A stretch of 64,000 bases of DNA from Rhizophagus irregularis (lineage: Eukaryota), in NCBI RefSeq assembly GCF_026210795.1, contig NC_089433.1, positions 5,456,001-5,520,000 of the forward strand, in the 5' to 3' direction. The translations under genes were made by a program, and so were the position numbers. Below the pieces are notes generated by a model that was not told where the DNA came from, did not search any database, and saw only the letters and a list, made by a program, of their open reading frames with translations. The stretch's first letter is position 1. Each line of letters opens with the position of its first letter. This document shows, piece by piece, positions 46,593 through 60,587 of the stretch.

Positions 46593-47783
46593 ATGTCACT
46601 TCCTACTAATCCAACATTATGTGTTCTTGGCTGTGGAACTATGGGTAGAGCTATCTTATCCGGAATTTTAGATAGTTTAAATGTAGCGCCAGCTAACGAG
46701 CCACCAACTTTAATTCCAAAAAAATTTATTGCTTGCGTATCAGGAGAGGAGTCAGCACAGAGAATTAAAGAAGAATTTAATGATAAAATTACATTATTAG
46801 TTGGAAATAATGTTGAAGGTGTCAAAGAAGCTGATATTATATTATTATGGTAATTGTTTTTATCAAGTGAATTGACAGTAAATATAATTCGACTAATTTA
46901 ATGCAAAATTTATGGATAGTACTAAACCTCAAGTTGTAAAAACTATCTTAACAGAGGAAGGAATGCAAAAATCGCTTGAGAACAAATTAATAATTAGTAT
47001 TTTAGCTGGGGTAACAATAGATCAATTAAAAGAATGGGCTCCTTCTTCAACTCGTATTATTAGAGCAATGCCAAATACTCCATGCATGGTAATTTTAATT
47101 TTATTTTATTTTTATTTTACTTTGTAAATGATATGTGACCCTTTGTTAATTTCTTTTCGTTCTTCCCCTTAAACTATTATACAGATTAGAGAAGGTATGA
47201 CAGTACTGAGTTGTCCTACAGATTGCAGTAAAGATGATAGATCATTTAGTATTTGGGTATTTTCTACATTGGGTAGAGCTAGAATCCTAGACGAAAAACA
47301 TCTAGATGCTGTTACCGGTCTTTCGGGAAGTGGTCCTGCATTTGCATGGTTAGTCATTTATTAGTGATCCTTAAATATTTTAATATTTTAGTATCGGGTA
47401 TATTTACTAATTTAATTTATTTTTAAGTGTTGTACTTGAAGCACTTGCAGATGGAGGAGTTATGATGGGCCTTCCACGTGAAGTTGGATTAGAATTAGCA
47501 GCTCAAGGTAATTTATTATTCCTTTCAACGTTTTACATCTTACACGGCACAATTTGTAACTTTCTATTTGTATTATTTAGCACTTCAAGGAGCAGCTCGT
47601 ATGGTACTTAAAACTGGTAAGCATCCAGCCGAAATTAAAGATAGTGTGACTACACCGGGTGGGTGTACAATTGCTGGCTTACTTACAATGGAAGATGGTA
47701 AAATACGTTCTACACTTGCTAGAACTATACAAGAGGCTACACAAGTTGCTTCTACTTTAGGAAATATACAATCTAAGAAATAA
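46593..47783 (+). CDS. PRO3: Pyrroline-5-carboxylate reductase
   Basis: VLGCGTMGRAI, KPQ, IRAMPNTP, AVTGLSGSGPA, DSVTTPGGCTIAGL. Confidence 0.95.
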
Positions 47784-48213
47784 TTCCTTATTTGTTAACA
47801 TATTTATTGATATTGATAAAATAATCTTAATGCTTAAATTTGCAAATATATATATGTTGCTTACCATAGAGAAATTTTAAAATTAATAATAAATACATAG
47901 TAGTAAAAATTTAGAATCTTTGCAATCTTTTTTAACTGTGTTGAGCGAATACTGCGGTCCGTGAAAATAGATGTACACGTGACATCTAATTTGATTATTA
48001 TTTTTTTTTTTAAAGAAAAAAAGAATAAATCAGTTGTTCTCATCATCGGTTGCAATAAGTGGTTTTTTTTTTAAAAAAAAAAAAGTGGAGCATTTATCTT
48101 TTAAAAAAAATTAAAGGGTATTCAAAATCTAGAGTTTATTGTTATTTTTTTTTACTTTTTTTGCTTGAAATTATTTATTTATTTATTTATTTATTGTTAT
48201 AGTATATATAATA

Positions 48214-48947
48214 ATGAATCCGGAAAAACTTGCAAAATTGCAGTCTCAAGTTCGTATTGGTAAGTTAAATTAATACGATTAATTTATAATTTTTAAATCA
48301 ATCGGTAATTTAATTAATTAATTAATATAGGTGGTAAGGGAACACCAAGACGCAAAGTTAAAAAAGTTTATAAAACCGCTACAAATGATGATAAAAAACT
48401 TCAAACTACACTGAAAAAACTTAATGTTCAATCTATTCCGTCAATTGAAGAAGTTAACATGTTTAAAGAAGATGGAAATGTCATTCATTTTACTACTCCA
48501 AAAGGTGTATATATATTCTAATTTATTGTTTTCTTTATTAATTAAAGATTGAACACTTATTCTTATTTATTATTATTTCGATAAAAAGTTCAAGCATCTA
48601 TTCATGCAAATACTTTTGCTATCTACGGTCAGGGCGAAGATAAAGAACTTACTGAACTTGTACCGGGTATTTTGAATCAATTAGGACCTGATTCACTTGC
48701 TTCACTTCGTAAATTAGCCGAATCCTATCAACAATTAAATTTAGATTCTCAACGTGTACAATCCGAAAATACTGGCGATGATGATGATATTCCTGAATTA
48801 GTTGAGAATTTTGAAGCCGCTAGTGAACAGAAAAAAGAGGACGAAGTACCTGCGGCAGCATCTGCTAGTGGAAGTGGTACCGGTGGAACTGCTGATGCCA
48901 CCACTACTGAAAAAACCGAAGATAAAAATGTTGAGGAGGTTGATTAA
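48214..48947 (+). CDS. EGD1: Nascent polypeptide-associated complex beta subunit (BTF3)
   Basis: [70 protein letters not shown]. Confidence 0.96.
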
Positions 48948-49328
48948 AGTCATGTTAAAAAAAGTTATATATATATATATAATAATGTTATTTTCAGGAT
49001 GTTTTGAACGGTTTTTATGATGAAATATAAATATAATTAGCATCATTAGTGCATAAAACTATGTAGAAATTTATGTAGAAAGAAAAAATTGTGGATTTTT
49101 TTTCATTTATATTGTTTTGAAATGGTTTTTTTTTTAAATCAAATTTTAATGACTAATATATATAATATAAATATATAAAATATATATTATGGTTTAAATA
49201 GAGCATTGTAAATTGAGGGAAAAACTTACACCTTTAAATGAAACTCTTAATAAAACATATTTATTGTACATAATGTACATAAAAAGATTAATTAAATGAA
49301 TTAAATGGTATATTATAATAGGTCATTC

Positions 49329-51386
49329 TTAAAAGTTTCTCTCCCCATAAAAATGTTCAATCATTTTCCGGACATTAGGCAAAGCAACATTATGAATTGG
49401 ATGCGTGGAATTCTAGCAGGAATCAAAGTATATAAACACATTAGTAACTTAGTAAATAACACCCAGAGAATTTATGTAATAAAGTTTTAATATTTACAAT
49501 TAAATTATTTGGATCTCCTAGTACAATTCGATTTGTAACATCATCTTTCCATAGTAATGATCTGGCTCCTGAATCTAAATCTTTTCCTTTCGCTCTTTCA
49601 AAATCATAAATTACATGATGTTGAGCAGTAGAAAGTCCACTAAGACAATAGCAAGTATGATAATGATCTGCACCACGCTTTGGCTTGTCAATCAATCCGC
49701 CCTTAGGACTTTGACAAGCGATTAAGATGTATTCTTGAAGTGCTTCTATATTATTTAATCACTGGTTATTATCGCTCTTGCCAAAACAAATAAAAAAAAA
49801 ATTGAAAACGTCATTAAAATTACCTCTGTCAAATAATGATTGAGCTGAATTAAATCAATGAAAAGATTGTTAATATATTTTTAAACAAGTTTTCAATGAG
49901 GATTAATAAGCATGTACCAATATACTTCGAAACTTCGGAGTTACTTTGTTCCACATCTTTCTCGGGAAGATTCCTTGTCATTATCGCTTCCAATAAAGGA
50001 AACAAGCCACCAACCCAGAACGAATAACAACCATCAACTAATTTATTCGGTCGTCCTTGAAAACCACCTTCCAATTGCATTTGAAGAGAGGTTGCCCAAC
50101 GCTAAAGTGAGTAAATACTTTAATATTTTTTTTTTGTGTGAATTCTTAACCTTTTACAATAAGAAATACATCACCAAAAGCAGCGGAATATCAAGTAAAT
50201 CAGTTTTTCCCATAATTTCCATGGCAGCAAGGCCACAAAACGTGTATCCGCCATGTCCTTCAATTCCTGGTTCACCTCCAATTCCTCCATCATAATTTTG
50301 ACATCTAATCGAAAATTAAAGGATTAGAGGATCACTTCAATAACCTTTAGACATCTTTAAACTGTGATACCGTTTAATCCATTCAGCAGTTCCTGCCGTC
50401 AGCTCTGGCGTAACCAAGTTTGTTAGCGTGGCCGCAGATAAGACACAATATGCCCCACTAGTAAATACTATAAATTAATAATAAACTAACGTTTTTAAAT
50501 ATATAAAATGCTAATTTCTTACCGCACATCAACTTCACCTCCCTCATGCATAACGAACGATCCATCTTCCCTTTTCAACTTAAGAAACCAATTATATAGG
50601 GTTTCCCTATATAACATAATAAATAATAAAAAATTTAAAATTATAAACTAAATGTAAACTTATTTTTGATTTTCAAAAATTTCGACCTGTCGATTAAATC
50701 ATAAGCTTCTTTGGTTCCTATAGTCGCCAACGCGTTTACAGCTGCATATGTGGCAGCGGCATGTGATATCTGACCCGGACCTCCTCCAAACCCACCGGTG
50801 GGATTTTGTAACTTAGTAATAGTCGAAATACCTCTACAGGAATAAAAATAATAAATAAAATACATTCGTGACGCGAATTATCTCTTCAACAAAGTCATCA
50901 AAATGTAAATACTAAGATATGGTACTTTTTAACTAAATCTTGAGATAATTCATCACCAAGTATATCCAGAGAATATAACATCCAAAAACATAACCAAGGT
51001 TTACTAGCATCCAATGCCACAAGATAACTAGGCAATCCTTTTAGACCGTCTTTTACATATTTAATATGAGATCCTCTGTTAAGCTTAATTCTACAATATA
51101 ATAATTAAAAAGTGTGGTTAAACGTAAATTCAAAATGAAATATTTTAACAATACTTACGTGTTTATCAATTTCTTGTCTCTTGCATCTTTGAACAATTCG
51201 TATACTGATACCTCAGTATCAGTCTAATATCGCGTATAAATTATTAAATAAACTTAAACTATAGTCGCGAGTGTCAAACAAAATCCTTTATGTTGAAAAT
51301 ACCTGAGCTTTTGAAGACTCGGTTGGAAGAGCATCGGTGTTAGTAAAAAGTTCTTCTAACTTACGAGAACCACTTAAAATTCCCAT
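49329..51386 (-). CDS. RAM1: Protein farnesyltransferase beta subunit
   Basis: LDASKPWLCFW, GGFGGGPGQISH, GEVDVR, EGHGGYTFCG, GGFQGRPNKLVDGCYSFW, DHYHTCYCLSGLS. Confidence 0.95.
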
Positions 51387-51497
51387 CGCATTACTTATTA
51401 AATGTAAAGAACTATTAACAATCCATGCACAATATATAATATTTAAATCATGTGATTTATATTTTGTTTATTTTTGCTTATTATTGTAATTGATATA

Positions 51498-54157
51498 TTA
51501 CATAATCAAATCAATACATAGCTCCGATAATTGATCATTACTTGTTATATTAAGACCCTTCTCGTTTGCTAGATGTAATAAACATATAAAACAAAACGAC
51601 ACTGAAATATCTTTCATTTTTTTTTGAGGGTAGATCTTTTTAAGATTGTTAATTACTCTTGTAAATTTCAGTTCTTTTGATTTATTTTCGATTGAAAGTC
51701 TTTTTGATAATCTCATTTCATTTTCTTGGGGCTATAAAATTTGGAGATTTGTTAAATCCAATCACATTAATAATTATAATTGAAAATCTACTTACACAGT
51801 CAGTACAGTCAGTACAGTCGGTTAATGTTTTCCATATGTTTTCTTTCAATTTTTTAACATCGATCCTTTTCGCTGTCTTTGCGTATTTGATAAACTCAGG
51901 TTTATTCCTCTTTGTCTGAGCTACCAAATTATCTCCAAATTCACCTTCTTCTAATTGGTCGTCATATTCATCATTATAAAAGGTGTCTCCTCCCATATAA
52001 TTCGCTAAATTTTATCGGTTAAATGATTAGGAAATTATCTTTTTTATTTTTTTATTTTTTTAAACGAACAATAGTACTTACTAAAATCTGGAAAAGACGT
52101 TTCTACTGGATCATTAGAATAATTAGTTTTGTCAGCCCAGAAATTCCCTACATAATAAACGTAAAAATTTTATTAATTTATTAAATTTATACCAAATAAT
52201 TTATACAAAAAGTGCTTACTATCGTCAAGTTGCGCTTCATATCGACGTTTCGAGTTTAACTACGATAAAGAGCAAAGCGTATATCATATCTTAAAATTAT
52301 TGGGAAACATAATAAGTAAGTAGATTAATAATTACCATGAATTGAGGTTTTAAGAATAAGTTAAGTAAATTTTTAGACGAAAAATGCATATCCTCAGGAA
52401 GTAGATGACTATGTGATACTCTCTCTGCTAATTTAGGCGCATTTATTATACTTCCCCCAGAAGAAAAAATGATTCGCTCATCCAAATCTTCCGAATCAAT
52501 AAAATTAATAGAAACTGGTTCTTTCTTCTTCTTTTCTCTTGTCCCTCCCTCCATTTCTGTAGGCCCTTTAAAAGAAACAAAGTTATTTTAGTCTCACTAA
52601 AAAAAGAATAGTAACTTAGGAAATTTAATTACTTTTATTAACTTTCTTTAACTTCCAGTGTTCAGGACCAGCCCAATTACGCAAAAATGCAGAGTCGAAG
52701 TAAGAAAACAATTCGTTTTCGTTACTGATCATGGCCATAACATAATCCTTTTCCGTTAATCGTACATTTGGATTTATGTTTTCTTCATCGAATACTTCCG
52801 AGACATCATTGTTTGTATCTAAGTTATCACCTAAGATATCATTAATATTGATATTGGCATCGTCATAGTCGTTGTCATTGTCATTTACAAATAAGTCAGG
52901 ATAATTAACGCCTTCAGTTTCAGTCGATTCAGTCGAAGCATAAGCAAAGTCCAGTACATTATCTCCTGAAAATTTGAAATTTCTCAATGAAGGACAAATC
53001 TCCTTATTAAATATTTGATGAAGTCCAAAGATATACCTTGTTGCTATAAAGTGTAATTCGTTAATAATATTACCTGATTAATGACTTATTGCTCGAATAA
53101 TTAAATATATACTTACAGCGAAGTTTGAAAATTTCAATTTTTGGTTCATTGTCTTCTGTATCTATTCTATTGTCGTTATCCTCATCCGGTATAGCATCGC
53201 TTGAATCAAATATTATTTTACCATCCGTATCAACTGACAAATGATTTAACAATAAACCCTGTGCACCACCTTCATCAAAATCTGCAGAAGTCTTTTTAAA
53301 AAGAGGATCAATTGAAAATTCCAAGTCAAATTTCTTTATAGTTAATGAATTATAATCTTTGACCAGTGTCGTTTCCGATCTTGTATTCTACAGATAAAAA
53401 TATTTCAAATTATTAATATGTTATATTTAATTTTATAGCTACTTATATTATATTATTATTAACCCTTTTACGAGTATGCCTTTCAGGATCAGCATCTTCA
53501 CTATCTCTATCGTCGTCTTCATTGTTATCCCCTTCAAAATTTATGAGCAATTAAGAAATTTTAAGATTTAAATTAAAGATGCAAAAAAAAATGACTAACT
53601 GGAGTTACTGGCTAATCCACTCAAAAGTTTCCCTGTTTCAGTTGCGACAGAATCAACACGTAACGTATAGATCTTTACGCATCCATCCAAAGTACATGAA
53701 GCCTTTTGAAAATTTATTGAATCTCCCTCTTTTAATAATGACATTTCATGAAAGTAGTCAATTAAAGCAAGCTTCCAGCTATTGCTAGCATTGATTTTCT
53801 AGTAAAAAAATTTCTGTGTCAGATAAATTTACGCGAAATGATATAAAGATAACATACATTATCCGTTGCCAGTTTCATCCATTCCTCAAAATTGATATAC
53901 ATTTGTTCGGTGGGTATTATAGGCATGGGAGCGACGACTTCCAAAGGTCTAGGCGCGTTTCTTTCGAAGGCTCTAACAGGAGAAACATTACTTCCCAAAA
54001 AATTTGTTGGGCTCCGCATTGAGTTTGCAGCAGATTTTCTACGAGACCGGATTTCAGAAGCGTCGTCATTCAAGGGAATATTCGTATCTTTGACATTTTT
54101 TAACGAAGATCCGAATGAATGACGACGTTTTGGTGTATCAAAAGATGTAATAGGCAT
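51498..54157 (-). CDS. BRN1: Condensin I kleisin subunit (CAP-H/barren)
   Basis: FEEWMKLATDNKIN, NFQKASCTLDGCVKIYTLRVDSV, DPLFKKTSADFDEGGA, NWAGPEHW, YAKTAKRIDVKKLK, CFICLLHLANEKGL. Confidence 0.95.
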
Positions 54158-54363
54158 GTTCAATCGTTTATAATATAAGGAATGATACGTTCTGGATATT
54201 TGATATTTCGTATTTTGTATTTTGAAATTAAAAAAACGCGTTTGTGTTGTGACGCAATTACCTAAAAGGTGAGTTCACGTGACTACACTAAATTTGTAAT
54301 TTCGTCAAAAATCACGTGGAGTGAAAGATAAACTTTCCTCATTTCTTTATCTAGATTTAAGAA

Positions 54364-54819
54364 ATGCTATCTGAAGCTACTACTCCACGTTTTCAAGTTC
54401 ATACTTATAGTCATTTATTTCTTTCACAACAAATACATTTTCAACTGACAATCCTTCAAGATTCCGTGTTTATATGGATTGGTTCCGAAGGAAACGAAAT
54501 ACTAGGAAATTTGGCGATTGCCATGCCTTCACCTTTACGGAATAATAGTTCTACTTCGTCGTCATCGGGAACAACTGTACTATCAAATGACGTGGATGAA
54601 ACTTCTAAGCAGCTTGGACAAAGACTTGGTAATAATTATTAAAAATTAAATCTTATTTATTATTTATATTTTTTGAGATACTAAACTATTTTTCGTTTAG
54701 CTACTAAGTTTAATAAACAATTCTTTGTCAGCATCAATTTACCCCCAAGCACAGATCAAATGATGCTTTCTTTTGTTGAAAAGAAAGTTCTTGCTATAAT
54801 AAAGGGATTCTTTTCATGA
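54364..54819 (+). CDS. Proteasome assembly chaperone 4 (PAC4/PSMG4-like)
   Basis: LQDSVFIWIG, LGNLAIAMP, LGQRLATKFNKQFFVSINL; two exons. Confidence 0.8.
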
Positions 54820-54920
54820 TTTATTAAATTTAATATATTATCTTAAAAAAAAATTAAATTATGAAAATTTAATTAAATTTTGTTAATCATGTAAATAGTA
54901 AATAATAAATTACACTATAA

Positions 54921-55862
54921 TCAACATTTTTTTTTCCTAATATTTCTTGTATTAGATTGGCTTGCAAGCTTTCTTTTCTTAAAAGTAACTTTACCCGAAT
55001 CATTATCCTTTAAAATGTCTTCGGGTATTTGATCATCCAATGGAAATGTTTTTTCGACTACTTTAAAATTCCTCAAATCATCTGGATCTTCATCTTCCTC
55101 ATCGTCTTGAAGAATTGCTTCTTGAGATGTTGATGTATTGTTTCCTTGATCGGTCTCTAATGCATTGTTTACTGGAGGAGCAGGTGGAGGAGCAGGTGGG
55201 GGAGTTACGGGTCTCCACTCTCCTATAACAGCTTCAGTCCCATCAGCACTTTTACCACTTTTACTTAATTCTGCTAACTCGGTATAATTTGTCGTTGAAC
55301 CTGCATATATAACATCATGTTCACTGAATGAACTTATAACGGGCGGAGCATTTGTATTACTAGTAGATTTTAATGAAGCAATTGAAGCTCCCGGAACTTC
55401 AAGTATGATATCTTTTTTATATTGTTTCATTGCTGCCTAATCATAGAAAAAATTTTTAATGTTAATATATTATTCTCGAGGAAAGGCAAAGATTGAAAAA
55501 TTACTACCCTTTCAATTCTTTCTAATTCTCGTCTAGTTTTTTCTTCTTCTTTGCGATTTTCATGATCTTTACGACGAATATTACGTAAAAATTTTTCAAC
55601 ATTTTCTTTATGTTTTTTGCCTTGTTCATGCATTGTACGGCTCTAAAAAATATGAAATATATAAATAATTAAAATATTATAGAATAAATCTTACATCGAA
55701 ACAATTCTTACGGGCTTATTGTCCGCAATATAAATGCGGCAATATTGGCACCAATGCTTTTGTTGTGATACCCAGTACTCTGACCTGTAAAGAAAAACAT
55801 TAAATTATCAATAATAAAATCAATACCATACAGTTGTAAACTCATAAACTCATAACTTACAT
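54921..55862 (-). CDS. U1-type/matrin zinc-finger splicing factor (WBP4/FBP21-like N-terminus)
   Basis: MSEYWVSQQKHWCQYCRIYIADNKP..HEQGKKHKENV; IGEW; C-terminal VTFKKRK; start codon split AT|G by an intron. Confidence 0.85.
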
Positions 55863-56111
55863 TTTTTGAAATTAAATTTTCAGGAATTAAAACGATTAGA
55901 ACGACCTTATGTCTCTTTCCTTTTGATTGACTAATTAATGTGGTACAGCTGATTCATATTCGTCACGTCACTATTTGTCATCGGTGTGGCTTGGCTTAAA
56001 ACAACGCGTGACGTAATATACAACCAAAATATTCTTATTATTCACATATTCACATATTAAAATATTAATATCTAATATCTTTTGTCAAAACCCTTCTTTG
56101 AATAGTATAGA

Positions 56112-59100
56112 ATGGACCGAAAACAAATTGTTAGCACAACCCAACCCGAGCCGGTTAATAGTAAAGAATATATATCAAATGAACAAAAACTTATACCAGA
56201 GTTCTCTTCATTTGAACATCAAAAAGAGAATATATTACCAATAAAGCAAGGTAGAAGTGCCGCTACCTTATCTCAGATATTTTCAAGTGAACCTTCCACG
56301 CGTAATGCAGAACTTCAAGTTGGCAATAATAAGTTTAATGCAGAGCTTGAAAATCTTGATGAACTTGATGATCCCTTTGACGTGTATGATCGTTACATAA
56401 AATGGACAATGGAGAATTATCCGCAAGCATTTGGTCCTCATTCAAGAGTATGTCAACTTCTGGAGATCGCATCAAATAAGTTTGTAAATGATGCTCGATA
56501 TAAAAACGATCCTAGATATTTAAGATGCTGGCTACAATATTCGAAACATGTTGGAAAACATAAAGAACTTTTCGCATTCTTGAAATCTAATGGAATTGGC
56601 TTAGACCTGGCCACTTTTTATGAAGAATATGCTGAGATAATGGAAACGATGAAATGGTAAGATATTGTTCTTTATAATTTAAAAATTGATAAAGACTAAA
56701 AATATTAATAAAAATGAAAGCTATAAAGAAGCAAACGAAATCTATGAAACGGGAATAAGCCGTGGAGCACAACCGCTTGAACGTCTGAATAAACGCTACA
56801 AACAATTTTTAACGCGTATGACGTTAATGGATGTAAACCTTAACACTAATACTGTAGCAATACCAACACCACCAATACCGCAACAATTGAATCTAAATTC
56901 ACGAACAATTCTTGGCTCTAAATCTTCCTCATCTTCTACCCGATCACAGCCAATGAATGTTTTCCATCAAAGGAACCCTACTTCATATACTGTCTCCGAC
57001 ATTGAAAATGCAAGTTCACAAATTAGCACTTCCGACAACAATGAAAAATTAAATATCTTCTACGATCCTAATGGCGAAATAGGGAATTCTGCTTTGTCAT
57101 CCACAAATAGTAAAACTTCAATATGGAATAGTTACGGAACTTATTTGTCTAGGAAAAAAGAAGATATTCAAGAAGCAGAACAATGGAAAGGCGTAACTTT
57201 GCCTCAAAATAAAAAGGTTCACGCCCCGATGGCGGCCAAGCTTGAAATTTATCACGATAAGGTATACAGAAAAATCATACGTCAATACCTTGTTCTGTTA
57301 ATTTTACGTTTATACTGGTTTTTTTTTAGTCAATTGAATGTAGTTCAAATTCGTCAACAAATATTCGTCAAGCTACTGAACAAGTTGAAATACAGTCATT
57401 GAATAATAAAAACAATTGTTTGACGGAAGCTCTTAAAAAGTTAGTGGATATACAGAATAAACATGAAATATCTTCGGATATAGCTCAAACAAAGTCAAGT
57501 CAGTTTTCGCAGAATGAAAATAGTAACAAACCACAGCCTACATCTTCGGTTTCTCAAGAGAAAAAACAAGCTAAACGATACGAATTAGGGCCGAAAGAAA
57601 AATGTTGTGTAAAAATCGATAATTTTTATGGTGAAAATGGCGAAGAAATTTCCTTTGAAGAAAAGAGAGCTAAAACTTTGGGGTATCTTGAAAGTAATTA
57701 CAGTGAAAAGGTCGAAGAGAAGTTAGGAAAAAGAGAAAGTAAGGTTACGGAATTCAGTGTACCAATTCACGAGACAAGTCCAATACGTAGGTTTTAAATT
57801 ATTTACTCTTTGCAATTGATATGTTTCTAATCCAATTTCTTACGGCAAATCTTAGCTTCATATATAGAAAAAATTGAGAAAAAGCCATCCCCCACGATAT
57901 GTACAAGGGCTGCTTTATCAGACATAATAGAAATGTTTACTTTTACTCAACCGTTAAAAGACCTCCAAAATAATGATGATGATGATGAAAAGAAGACTTC
58001 AAATTCCAATGTATATCAAACAACACAATCTGGTTATCATCAAACCCCTTCAAGGACGAACGGATGTAAGGTAAATGATCAAGAAAATGATGTAAACAGT
58101 ACATCACTAGATTTAATTAACCGTGAAAATAAAGCGAAGTTCTTTGACCCTATGACGCCAATACAAGAAACAAGTCGTGAGTATAAGACTACTCCATTTT
58201 ATACATCCGAAGAATTTAATATTATGAATGTAAGATCTTTTATAAATACACCCAGAGTCGATGATATTAAGCTTGATTTGGCATCTCCAATGAAATTAAC
58301 AGCAGTAGATCACGAATCGAACATGCTAGAACCTCCTGCTTTTCCAAAGCTTTCGAATCCATGTAATCCAATTGATCCCAAAGTTATTGAACAAATTTTA
58401 GCCGCTTTACAACCTCCATTAAATCATTATAAAGGATTTTATGACGCTCGAAAACAGACTTGCAATAATGGATCAAAAATAGAGAAACTTGCACGTTGCT
58501 GGGACACACAAGGCCGACGATGTACAAATGTTTCAGTAAACATTGAAGAACCCGTTACATTCTTTAATGATTCATTTCTTATACGCCAAAAAATCGGAGA
58601 AGGCGGATTTGGCAAAGTCTATCTCGTTTTGGACACAGAAGATTATGCAGTTAACCAAAACGAAAAGAAATCATCACGTGCATTAAAGAGTGAAACACCT
58701 TCAAGTGCCTTGGAGTTTTACATTATACGTAAACTGCAAGAAAGAATCAACTCCCCAACTATTGATTCTATTATTTCTGTACATTCATTGTATTATTACA
58801 AGAATGAAAGTTATATGGTGATGGAATTTGTTCATCAAGGAACGATTTTGGATGCCGTTAATCGAGCTAAAAGGGAGAATACACAGTTAGACGAACTTTT
58901 GGTATTTTTCTTTACAATAGAACTATTGAAAACAATTGAGTCGATTCACGAAGCAGGAATAATACACGGTGATATCAAAGCTGATAACTGCCTGTTGAGA
59001 TTAGAACCGGTAGAAGAGTGGGATATACAATATGATCCATCCGGTGCGAATGGATGGTCAAAGAAAGGAATCAAAATAATTGATTTTGGGCGTTCTATTG

Positions 59101-59552
59101 ATGTGACTTTATTTCCAGACGATATGAAATTTATCGCTGAGTGGGTGACTGATGATCAAGATTGCGTTGAAATGCGTGAAGGTAGGCCTTGGAAATGGCA
59201 GGCTGATTATTATGGATTGGCTGGTATAGTACACTGCATGCTGCATAATCGATATATGCAAATTACTCCAGTATTAGTAGAAACAAATACTTTTATATCT
59301 GGACCAGCGACAATGGCAGTGAAGAAATATAAACCAATACTTTCATTTAAACGATATTGGCAAGGAGAGCTTTGGCAAAAATTATTTGATTTGTTGTTGA
59401 ATCCTTTATTGGTGACGAAAGATGGTCAAATGCCAATTACACAGCAATTAAAAAATATTCGTGAGGAATTTGAACAGCATCTAATACAGAATTGCGAAAA
59501 AAATGGAAAAAGTTTAATTGGAATGTTGAAGAAATTAGAAAGGAATCGGTAA
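56112..59552 (+). CDS. BUB1: Spindle checkpoint kinase Bub1
   Basis: KENILPIKQGR (KEN box), TPR region YKNDPRYLRCWL, GLEBS EEISFEEKRA, PSPTICT, kinase IGEGGFGKVY..HGDIKADN..IDFGRSID. Confidence 0.95.
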
Positions 59553-59773
59553 AATGAATTTTAGTAATGCACATAATGTATATTTCATTTTTGAATATTG
59601 TCAAATATCAAATGATAGTTTATTCACTAAATTATTAATAAATTTAATTAATCCAACAACAAAACAAAAAAATGATAAACCAGTGGATTAAAATTATAGT
59701 CTTTGATTAAAGCATGATAAATTCCCCCTTGATAGCCTGGTTTTGCTGATACAGTAACAAGTAATTAAAGTAA

Positions 59774-60413
59774 TTATTCATCAAATTCAAATTCTTTATT
59801 AACACCAGTGATATTATATAAATCATTAGCAGTAATTCCACGTAATTCGAATCCTTTCATTTTTTTAATTTCGCCAGTTTCTAATTTTTCTAATTCCGTA
59901 GTTTTTTGTTTTATTGTATCTCTTAATGAAGAAATTTCTTTTTCAAGGTTCTTTTGATCTATTTATATTTCACAAGACAGAATTATTCGTTATATTCAGA
60001 TTATGCTACAAAAGAATTGTAAAAAAAGAGCATAATAACCTTTTACCTTTTTCTATATATGTTTTTACATTATCTTTTTCCAGCTTAACAAAGAAGTCTC
60101 CCAGATTTACCCATACATTTTTTTGAGAATTTAAAGGTTCTTTTTTAAGTTTAGCTAACGCTTCTCTATTAGTGTTTCTTGTTCTATCATAATCTATAGC
60201 CTTGAACAAAAAATTTGTAATTAGGCAATTGTAACTAAGTTTAAAATGAAGCACATTTTAAATTACCAATTGCTTGTTTGTTAAAATATCTTCAGCTAAG
60301 CGCTCGCGCTCAGTAAGAACTAAATTGTAACAAATCTATTTAACCATAACGTTTAATAATAAAATAAAAAGAAATTGAATAACAATTATATAAATACTTG
60401 GAATATATTCCAT
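59774..60413 (-). CDS. PDRG1: Prefoldin-like p53 and DNA damage-regulated protein 1
   Basis: ERLAEDILTNK..DYDRTRNTNREAL..VWVNLGDFFVKL..DQKNLEKEI..MKGFEL; four exons. Confidence 0.85.
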
Positions 60414-60587
60414 TGTATTAATTGTATTTAAGATCAAAAAAAGTGAAGATAAATTGCTATCTGAAAAAAAAAACGTAATCCATATACGTAGTACTGATAT
60501 GCATATCAAAGATTTTTTTTTTTGACATTTGCATTTGCACTATAACTTAACCTATTAACCTGTTCTTTTTGAAATATTTTAGTCACC

